This document shows, one piece after another, positions 10,739 through 17,958 of a stretch of 64,000 nucleotides of DNA. The notes under the pieces were generated by a model. The model saw only the letters and a list, made by a program, of their open reading frames with translations. It was not told where the DNA came from and made no database searches. The stretch lies in assembly GCA_963691875.1 (NCBI GenBank), contig OY829846.1:4160001-4224000 (forward strand), given 5' to 3'. Numbering within the stretch: position 1 is the first letter of the stretch; each line of letters opens with the position of its first letter. The position numbers and the translations under genes were made by a program. This DNA comes from Aureliella sp. Lineage in GTDB: Bacteria; Planctomycetota; Planctomycetia; Pirellulales; Pirellulaceae.

Positions 10739-11248
10739 ATGATTTTTGAAACCTCAAGACTGCTAGTTCGGAGGTTGGCAGAAACGGACTTTGACGCGTT
10801 TCATGAGATGCAATCTGATGCCGATGTAATGCGATACACTTCGGGTGAGGTGTATGACAGAGCGGAGAACATTCGGCAGTTGCAGGACTGTATCGAGTGC
10901 TACAGTGAGCCAGACAATGACTTTTGGGTGTGGGCTGTTGTTCGCAAATCAGATCAGCAGTTCGTGGGTACTTGCGCGATAGTTCCCAGCGACGGACGAC
11001 CAGAAATCGGTTATCGTTTTCTGCGCAAGCACTTTGGCAAGGGCTATGGACAAGAGGTCTGCGATGGCTTGATTGAGTATGGGATAGGTAAGATGAGTCT
11101 GTCTGAGATTGTTGCTTGGGTCGATGTCCGCAACGTGGCTTCGAGGAAGATCCTTGATCGTAGTCGCGTAATGTTTGTCGAGGAGGTTCTCACCGAGGAT
11201 GGCGCAACGGATCGTTTCTATCGATGGAGTGCTTTAAAAGGCAAATAG
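10739..11248 (+). CDS. GNAT N-acetyltransferase, RimJ/RimL family
   Basis: ETSRLLVR start, EIGYRFLRKHFGKGYGQE acetyl-CoA motif, NVASRKIL. Confidence 0.9.
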   Translation: MIFETSRLLVRRLAETDFDAFHEMQSDADVMRYTSGEVYDRAENIRQLQDCIECYSEPDNDFWVWAVVRKSDQQFVGTCAIVPSDGRPEIGYRFLRKHFGKGYGQEVCDGLIEYGIGKMSLSEIVAWVDVRNVASRKILDRSRVMFVEEVLTEDGATDRFYRWSALKGK

Positions 11249-11528
11249 GTTGTGCTTCGTAACGGCGCAGAGCGATGCGGTGAATGAAGGAACAATGCAA
11301 GAGAAGCGCTGAAATCGACTGGCTCTGTTCGATCAACCGCGAGTCGTATGATTTTAAGTTTCCAATTACGTTTGCCTTGGGAACCAAAGGCATGCCTGAG
11401 TTGGGAGATAATCGTAGAGTCGATTGGGAGTTAGCCGAAACTGGGACAAGTTCAGATCAATAGAGGATGCCAACATCGCCGGCTATTAGCAGCGAGTCGA
11501 TGAGAATGCAGTAGTGACCTAGAATAAG

Positions 11529-11936
11529 ATGTGGAGTACAGCGAATTACTGGTTTGATGTTTCAGTTGTTTTTGGCGTTTTTGCGATCGGAAACATATTG
11601 CTGGGGCATTTTGAAGAACACTTGCCGAAATGGAAGCGATTATTCAAATTGCTTGTGTTTCTAATCCTTGCGCTATCTCTTTCCTATTTCAATCAGCGAT
11701 GGCTTTTCTACTCTAGTTTGCTGCTATTTGCACTGGTGGCGGTCTACATTCATGTAATCTGGCTGCCGAAGAATGGGATCAACGGCTGGACGGGAGAACC
11801 GAGGGAGAAGTATCTGGACTTGGTTAAGGGGAAAAAAGCCGTAGATCTACCTCTCGGCTTTTTTAGCTCAAGCGGGCTGGGGTGGGGAACTCAAGAACGA
11901 ATTTGGTGCCGTGGCCGACTTCGCTCTGCACGCTGA
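11529..11936 (+). CDS. Small three-TM membrane protein; true end probably near 11844
   Basis: Hydrophobic helices, GHFEE and WLPKNGINGWTGEPREKY motifs, AT-rich. The called tail runs through a terminator hairpin into the antisense kinase gene. Confidence 0.7.
   Translation: MWSTANYWFDVSVVFGVFAIGNILLGHFEEHLPKWKRLFKLLVFLILALSLSYFNQRWLFYSSLLLFALVAVYIHVIWLPKNGINGWTGEPREKYLDLVKGKKAVDLPLGFFSSSGLGWGTQERIWCRGRLRSAR
11832..11864. terminator. Bidirectional intrinsic terminator between convergent genes
   Basis: Perfect inverted repeat AAAAAAGCCG (11832-11841) / CGGCTTTTTT (11855-11864), giving a T-tract on both strands. Confidence 0.75.
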
Positions 11937-12582
11937 TGCGGCCGCCGTGAGCTTGGATGATCTTGCGAGCGGTCGGAAGGCCCAAGCCTGAGCCGCCATT
12001 CTTGGTTGTGTAGAACGGTTCGAACATTTTGAGCGCAGTTGCGTCGTCCATGCCTCGCCCGTTATCGATCAACTCCAATGCGACGCCGCGCGGAGTCGTG
12101 TAAGTACGAATGATGAACTGCCCTCGCTCGCCGTCCGCCATGGCTTCCATCGCGTTCTTGACGAGATTCATCAGCGAAGCTTGGATGGAATCACTGTGTA
12201 ATAATACGCTAGGAAGATTCGAGTCCAGATAACGGAGGATCTCGATATGGTCACGATCTGCCTGAGCCTGATAGAGTCGCAGAACCGCATCAATCTGTTC
12301 GTTTAGATTACCAGGCGTCATCTCTAGATCGCGCACACGCGAGAACCTGAGGAAGTCGCGAAGCAGGTTCTCCAGCCGCTGGCATTGTTGGCCGATCATG
12401 TCAATCTTGGCTTCGGCGCGTCGCTTACCGGGCCACTCCGTGTCGCTAAGCTCTTCGGATAGCAGCTCGGCATTCATTTTGATCACCGAGAGCGGGTTTT
12501 TGATCTCATGCGCAAGCTCGCCCGCCAACTCTGCGAGCTCGTGGTATTGCTTGAGAAGTTGACTTTCGTCCTCGTCGTCCAA
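11863..12582 (-). CDS. Histidine kinase (HisKA + HATPase_c) without sensor domain
   Basis: H-box LAHEIKNPL, N-box NLVKNAMEA, DNGRG, FEPFYTTK, GSGLGL. Confidence 0.92.
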   Translation of the reverse strand: MDDEDESQLLKQYHELAELAGELAHEIKNPLSVIKMNAELLSEELSDTEWPGKRRAEAKIDMIGQQCQRLENLLRDFLRFSRVRDLEMTPGNLNEQIDAVLRLYQAQADRDHIEILRYLDSNLPSVLLHSDSIQASLMNLVKNAMEAMADGERGQFIIRTYTTPRGVALELIDNGRGMDDATALKMFEPFYTTKNGGSGLGLPTARKIIQAHGGRISVQSEVGHGTKFVLEFPTPARLS

Positions 12583-12730
12583 GATCGAAACCTTATGTTC
12601 GTCGTTCCGCCTTCATGCGGAATGGGGAGAAGTTGTAGAATTTCAAAATGCTCGATTGGTTACTCGAGCCAGTGGTTGGCGCGTCGCACTCGTAGGGATT
12701 CACTTGCTGGCGTGTCCTTGTATTCGCTTT

Positions 12731-13906
12731 CTAGGTGGCTTTGACGGTGACCGGCAAGCGGTACCACGAGTTTTGCAGATATCCCTTGGCGTTCCAAGGC
12801 ACCCGATACGGCATGAATCCGCCGCTGCTATCCTCTGCACGCACTGCGATTTCTTTTGTCTCTTCGGTGACCTGAACGGAAGCCTTCCACAGTTGCCAGC
12901 AGAAATCGCTGTCCTCGCCAGTTAGCTCAGCCTTCTTCCAGCTCTTTCCATTGTTCACGGATACTTGGACACGTTTGACGTGACTACCGAGAATTCCAGA
13001 AGGTAGCACATAGCCGGCCAAGTCAGCCTTACCCGCCTCGAGCTCCGTGCCCTTTTCGTGGGAGCCCACCGCGGCATTGACGAGATAGCGGTAGATGGGC
13101 CCTGATTCGGACCAATCGATCGACTCGGTCCTCTTGACCAACTTGTAAGCGTTGGCCAAATAGTGATTAGGAGATGTCACATCGCTCACCACAATCTTGC
13201 CTAGCCATTTTACACTGCGAGCACCAATGTATCCAGGTACAAGTGTTCGCAAAGGATACCCGTGGTCGGCAGTGAGTGCTTCACCGTTCATCCCATAGCA
13301 GAGCAGGGCACCCACGTCGTCTCCCGCTCCCAGGGCTTTTTCAAGTGGAATGGAAGCGCCAAAAGGAATGATTCCATCGCCCTTGGTAATTTCGTCGAGA
13401 CCTTCGAACCAAACGTGCCTAGCGCTAGCTTGAACGCCGGCCTTGCCCAGAATTTCTGACAATGCGACTCCGGTCCAAGTCGCGTTGCCGATTGCACCTG
13501 CGTCCCACTGCACGCCGCCTACTTTGCCTTCCTCGTTGAATTCAGCGCGACGATTTCCAGCGCAAGTAAGTGTTGCCGTGAGGGTGTATTCTTGATGCGA
13601 TTGGATGTCCGCTAGTGAAAGCGAAAGTGGCTTGTCGACCATGCCTTCCACGGAAAGTCGGAAAGTCTTGGGGTCGATCTTGGGATTCGGCGCGTGGCTA
13701 CGGACGTAAAAGTGCTTGGTTGGCGTGATCCAGCTCGTGATCAGCTTGTTCAGGGCCGGTTCGGCATTGCGAGGATCAGTGGTGCGAAAGATGAGATCCT
13801 TTTCGGGCTCTTGAGCCTGAAGTTCGTTGGTTTGTGAGACGCCGGCCAGCAAAATTCCGCTGGACAGAATCATTTGGCGGCGGGTCAATTCTGGGGAGGA
13901 AGTCAT
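12731..13906 (-). CDS. Tat-exported sulfite oxidase family molybdoenzyme
   Basis: TRRQMI Tat motif; FYVRSH, LTCAGNRR (Mo-ligating Cys), HGYPLR, GARSVKWL; C-terminal Mo-co dimerisation domain. Confidence 0.88.
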   Translation of the reverse strand: MTSSPELTRRQMILSSGILLAGVSQTNELQAQEPEKDLIFRTTDPRNAEPALNKLITSWITPTKHFYVRSHAPNPKIDPKTFRLSVEGMVDKPLSLSLADIQSHQEYTLTATLTCAGNRRAEFNEEGKVGGVQWDAGAIGNATWTGVALSEILGKAGVQASARHVWFEGLDEITKGDGIIPFGASIPLEKALGAGDDVGALLCYGMNGEALTADHGYPLRTLVPGYIGARSVKWLGKIVVSDVTSPNHYLANAYKLVKRTESIDWSESGPIYRYLVNAAVGSHEKGTELEAGKADLAGYVLPSGILGSHVKRVQVSVNNGKSWKKAELTGEDSDFCWQLWKASVQVTEETKEIAVRAEDSSGGFMPYRVPWNAKGYLQNSWYRLPVTVKAT

Positions 13907-14189
13907 GTCAGTTCTCGGAGGACGTCAGAATCTAGAGGTTGGCAATTATAGCCCAGGATATTTGCACAACCATGTTTTGTCGCTGGTATCAAGATTTGCG
14001 CAAGTTTGGCGGAACACAGGGGACACCTATTTCAATTCATCTAGATGGGATCCACAGGCCCGATGCCTATGCCACTTTGGGATTGATATGGGAGTGTTCA
14101 GGCACTCGTGTTAAACTTAGCCAGCTTACCTGATTAGCCACTGTGCTCAAATCAGTGCAATTGCAACTGAACGGGAAAAGGATTTCCTT

Positions 14190-15038
14190 ATGAGTGCTCT
14201 ACCCAAGACGAATTCTCGTAGCGGTAATCAAGCGAGTCCAGCCTCTCCGGCTGGTAAGCTCAAGCTGCGCTGTCGCAGCCAGATTGTGATACCTGCTCGA
14301 TTGTCCTCCAGCCGTCTGCCCGAGAAACTGCTCCTGCGCGAGACGGGCAAGAGCGTTCTGCAGCACACGCATGAGGCAGCAAGTTCGGCTGCTCTTCCGG
14401 TGGGGATAACTGTCGCGGTAGATTGCATCCAGCTCGCTGACGAAGTGGCGACTTTCGGAGGGAATTATGTGTTCACGGATCCTGAGTTACCTAGTGGTAC
14501 GGATCGCGCTTTCGTTGCAGCCAAGCAGTTCTCCAACGTCGAAATCGTGGTGAATGTCCAAGGCGACGAGCCTGAGATTGATGGAGCCGCGATCGATCAA
14601 GTAATCGAGTTGCTGCAGTCGGACCCAAGTGCTGATGTGGCCACATTGGCAACGCCGATTCGTGAACAGGAAAAAGTTTTTGATCCAGCTTGTGTGAAGG
14701 TCGTCCGAGGGCATGACAATGAGGCGCTCTACTTCAGTCGTAGCCCGGTGCCGTTTCCACGCGATTGGAAGCCGGAGATGCTTCAGGAAGAACCGGCTTT
14801 GTTCTTACAGCATATCGGGCTCTACGCTTATCGATATGACTTCTTGATGCACCTTCATGAGTTGTCGGCTAGCCCACTGGAGGACACCGAGAAATTGGAA
14901 CAGCTTCGTTTTTTGCAGGCTGGAAAGAAGATTAAAGTTGGCTTGGTTGATGAGGCCCCCAAAGGCATCGATACGCAGGCTGACTACGATGCTTTCGTTC
15001 TACGGCATTCAATACAAGCACGTGGCGCAAGCCAATGA
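14190..15038 (+). CDS. kdsB: 3-deoxy-manno-octulosonate cytidylyltransferase
   Basis: IPARLSSSRLPEK, SGTDR, NVQGDEP, ALYFSRSPVP, HIGLYAY, EKLEQLR. Confidence 0.93.
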   Translation: MSALPKTNSRSGNQASPASPAGKLKLRCRSQIVIPARLSSSRLPEKLLLRETGKSVLQHTHEAASSAALPVGITVAVDCIQLADEVATFGGNYVFTDPELPSGTDRAFVAAKQFSNVEIVVNVQGDEPEIDGAAIDQVIELLQSDPSADVATLATPIREQEKVFDPACVKVVRGHDNEALYFSRSPVPFPRDWKPEMLQEEPALFLQHIGLYAYRYDFLMHLHELSASPLEDTEKLEQLRFLQAGKKIKVGLVDEAPKGIDTQADYDAFVLRHSIQARGASQ

Positions 15039-15043
15039 GTCAC

Positions 15044-15070
15044 GTAGTGGAGTTCGTTAAGAGCTTCGGC
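15044..15070. repeat. Degenerate REP-like half element (family D; related reverse copy at 60474-60498)
   Basis: GTAGTGGAGTTCGTTAAGAGCTTCGGC resembles the reverse complement of GCCGAAAGTCTCGACGACTACCTAC. Both lie just after stop codons. Confidence 0.4.
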
Positions 15071-15243
15071 ATTGGAGGTAGGCGCCCCACGTTCAGGGGC
15101 TCTAGTGCGAGCCTAAAGAACCCCTAGCCAGACCGCGTTTACGGCTGATCGTTAAGCGATTCTTCCAAAGACTTGACGCCAAGAGCCGAGTGGGTACCAA
15201 TGTGTCCTTCTTTTCCGCTTAAATTATTCTGAATCGCAATGGT

Positions 15244-15567
15244 ATGACTGAATCATCGCCTCCTGACGTCAGCTTCCGAGAACTTCAATCGTTGATTCGA
15301 AGGATGTATTTCGAGAAGGACGAAGAACGCGGGGTGGACGGCACGTTCATGTGGTTGATGGAAGAAGTTGGCGAGCTGGCGGCAGCTTTGCGACAGGGCA
15401 CCCATCAAGAGAAGTGCGAGGAGTTCGCTGATGTGATTGCTTGGTTGGCCACAATCGCGAATGTTGCTGGAGTTGATCTCGGCGCTGCACTGCACGACAA
15501 GTACGGCAGTGGTTGTCCTGGCTGTGACAAGTTTGTTTGTGATTGTCCGATTGAAGAAAAGCCGTAG
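15244..15567 (+). CDS. MazG-like nucleotide pyrophosphohydrolase with C-terminal Cys cluster
   Basis: EEVGELA...EEFADV motif; KYGSGCPGCxxxxCxC tail. Confidence 0.88.
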   Translation: MTESSPPDVSFRELQSLIRRMYFEKDEERGVDGTFMWLMEEVGELAAALRQGTHQEKCEEFADVIAWLATIANVAGVDLGAALHDKYGSGCPGCDKFVCDCPIEEKP

Positions 15568-15582
15568 GTCGAGTCGCCAGCA

Positions 15583-15650
15583 TTTCAGCCGTCTCGCCGC
15601 TAGCCGCGGTTCTACCGGTCTGGAACTCAGCTAACGCCGCAAGGGTTAAC
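15583..15650. repeat. REP-like palindromic element (family A)
   Basis: Arms TTTCAGCCG..CGCTAGCCGCGGTTC and GAACTCAGCTAACGCC..; similar to copies at 20184-20341 and 42687-42756. Confidence 0.65.
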
Positions 15651-16835
15651 TCACTCCTTGCCAACGCCGCGGCCGTTGCTGTACATGCGATTGAAACGTT
15701 CTAGCTCGTCGGTGCTGATCACATTGTCCAAGTTGTAGTCGATGTGAGTCATGTAAAGTGTCACGTTGCCTTTACCGAGTTCTTCGGCGGTGATCTTGCC
15801 GTCACCGTTCTTGTCTAATTTCTTCACGTCGCCAAACATGTCGTTCAGGAAAATTCCGGGGCGAGTGCTGCCGTTTCCCAGCGGTTTGGGTGTGACTGCG
15901 AACTCTTGGGTGACTGGGAAGCAAAACGTTTCCGCGTCGTCGCAAACAACGTAGTGCAGCTTAATTTGGATCGGCCCAAGATCTCCCTTGGAGTCAAAAT
16001 CGACTAAGAACATCCGGGGGTCGACATAAAACCCGAGATACATCTGGAACTTGCCGTCCACCTGTTCTGGTGTCATCTCTGCACGCAGTTTGACGTATAA
16101 AGGCCGGTTGTCGCCGATTGGCTTATACTCCAGCTTGATGGGAGTTAGGCCGCGCGGGAGCTTGATTGGCTTGACAACACCGCTGCTGACTTTTCGTGGC
16201 TCTGGGCGAAAGCGAACTGGCAGATCCTTGATCTTAGTTGGATTCTCGACGGGGCCGACCAGTTCGGTGAGATCCGCACGCAGAGTACGCGGATTACTCC
16301 AGAATCTCTGGCGCACAAATTTACCTTGTGGATCCAAGATAAATTCGCCGTTGTAAGTACCACGAAAGGCCTTGGTGGCTGCGTCGTCCATGGTGTCGCA
16401 TAGCCATGGAATTTGAGTCCCAGTCATGCGACGCGCTTCAGCGACGTGCAACAACCGCTCTGTCAGGTCGGCTGGCTCTTGGAAGTTGTTTGTTTCTGGA
16501 TGCGCGAGGCGTTTGTAGACGTAGTAGAAGTTAACTTGATCTTTGTAATCACGATAAACTGTCTCCAGACCGGAGACATTTTTAAGGAAAGGCGTTCAGG
16601 TGAGACAGCCGAACACCACGACCGTGTACTTTCCTTTTGCCCTAGCAAAACTGAATGGACGACCCTGAGCGTCGTGGAGCTCAATGTCTGGCTTTTGTCC
16701 GATCAGATTATTGCGTTTGAGAAATCGCTCATTGTAGCTCGTTTCGAATTCGGGCTGCTGCGCATTTGCGAATGAGCCGGCGAGGCTCACAAGCAGGGCG
16801 ACGACCAAGCAGATTGACTGTTTTGCATTCATCAT
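15651..16835 (-). CDS. Secreted deiodinase-like/thioredoxin-fold selenoprotein (CxxU) with second Cys pair and two EF-hands; 394 aa including Sec80
   Basis: ORFs 16596..16835 and 15651..16454 share a frame. The only interruption is TGA 16596-16598 in VVFGCLT-U-TPFL. The gap reads open (NVSGLETVYRDYKDQVNFYYVYKRLAHPE). SECIS-like hairpin follows. EF-hands DKNGDGKITAEEL and DYNLDNVISTDEL. Confidence 0.85.
16555..16584 (-). promoter_or_regulatory. Bacterial SECIS element (putative)
   Basis: mRNA UAAA-AA-UGUCUCC-[GGUCU]-GGAGACA-G-UUUA. The apical loop begins with G, 24 nt after the UGA. Confidence 0.75.
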
Positions 16836-16962
16836 TGATCCATTGGTGCAGAAATGACTCGCGTGCGTGATAAGGTACCAAACCGTAAATCAGCCGGACC
16901 GTTTGCTCAACGTAAAAGCTGGCGTGAGCGTGAATTCTCTTATAGTTATGATGCCCAAATGG

Positions 16963-17958
16963 CTATTCCTGTTGACTTGAGAATTGCTGCCGGACGACCC
17001 TTCCGTCGCGCCCTCCCACCGCCAAGCTGCCGTCAGGGTGAAGTGCAAGTGAGTAGGCCCAATCAGAAAAGGCGCGTTTGGATTCCTGCTGCAAGATCTC
17101 AACCGTGTCAGGATCGATCGGGTAGACGACACCATCTTCGCAAGCAGCAAAGATTCTCGTTCCGGCTTTATTCCAGCAAATGTCTAGGGGCTTCGATGGT
17201 AGTCGGGCAAAGCGAACCAAGCGTCCGATGCTTGGCTGCCACAGACGTATCGTCTTGTCTATGCTGGCCGAGGCAATCATGGGCAGCGGCGCTGCTCCGG
17301 GACGGAGAGCGAGCTTTCGGACAGCTTGTTTATGGTTCGTCAGACTCCTCAAAACTTTGCCATCGGCCCAATTCCAAACTCGAATGCTTTGGTCCAGACC
17401 GCTGCTGGCCAGGAGGTCTTTTAGAGGCAGGTAGCAAAGAGTAACAACTCCGCGCGAATGGCCCTCGAGACGCCGCCGGATCTCACCGGAAACGACGTCG
17501 AGTTCGGCGATTCCATAGTCCAAGCTGGCGCTGATCACCGAAGTATTGTTCACCCAGCAAAGTTGCATGGCGACGTCCTCGTGGGCTTCGATCAGCGCTG
17601 TTGAATGGCCCTCTGGCCAGGAGAAAAGTTCGATACCACCTGTTTCGGCGGGAGCACCTCCCGCAACGGCTAGCTGACTGCCAGACGGAGAAAATTGGAG
17701 GTCGTGCAGGTTGGGAAACTTGGATTCGATTGTTCGCAGCAGCTTGAGTTCAGGCCAAGAGTAGATGTGAACTCCGACTTGAGAGCAGCAAAGCACCTCG
17801 TTCCGTGAAGGTGAAAACTCCAAAGCAACGACAGGGGGAAGGATCGGAGGGGCCTGAGCCCAGCAATGCTGATCCGCTGAGCCGAAAACAATCAGAGTTA
17901 CGATCGTCAGCAGAGATCGTAAGGAGAGCCTCCGATACCAACGTTCGAGATGGTTCAC
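16963..17958 (-). CDS. WD40-repeat protein
   Basis: GHSRGV...LASSGLDQSIRVWN, ASASIDKTIRLWQ; overlaps the stop codon of the DUF1549 gene. Confidence 0.88.
   Translation of the reverse strand: MNHLERWYRRLSLRSLLTIVTLIVFGSADQHCWAQAPPILPPVVALEFSPSRNEVLCCSQVGVHIYSWPELKLLRTIESKFPNLHDLQFSPSGSQLAVAGGAPAETGGIELFSWPEGHSTALIEAHEDVAMQLCWVNNTSVISASLDYGIAELDVVSGEIRRRLEGHSRGVVTLCYLPLKDLLASSGLDQSIRVWNWADGKVLRSLTNHKQAVRKLALRPGAAPLPMIASASIDKTIRLWQPSIGRLVRFARLPSKPLDICWNKAGTRIFAACEDGVVYPIDPDTVEILQQESKRAFSDWAYSLALHPDGSLAVGGRDGRVVRQQFSSQQE

Noticed and set aside
16596..16598. TGA as a simple nonsense mutation or an alternative genetic code
   Set aside because: It sits at the catalytic position with a SECIS-like hairpin downstream, and TGA ends other genes normally (e.g. 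kdsB, ppiB).
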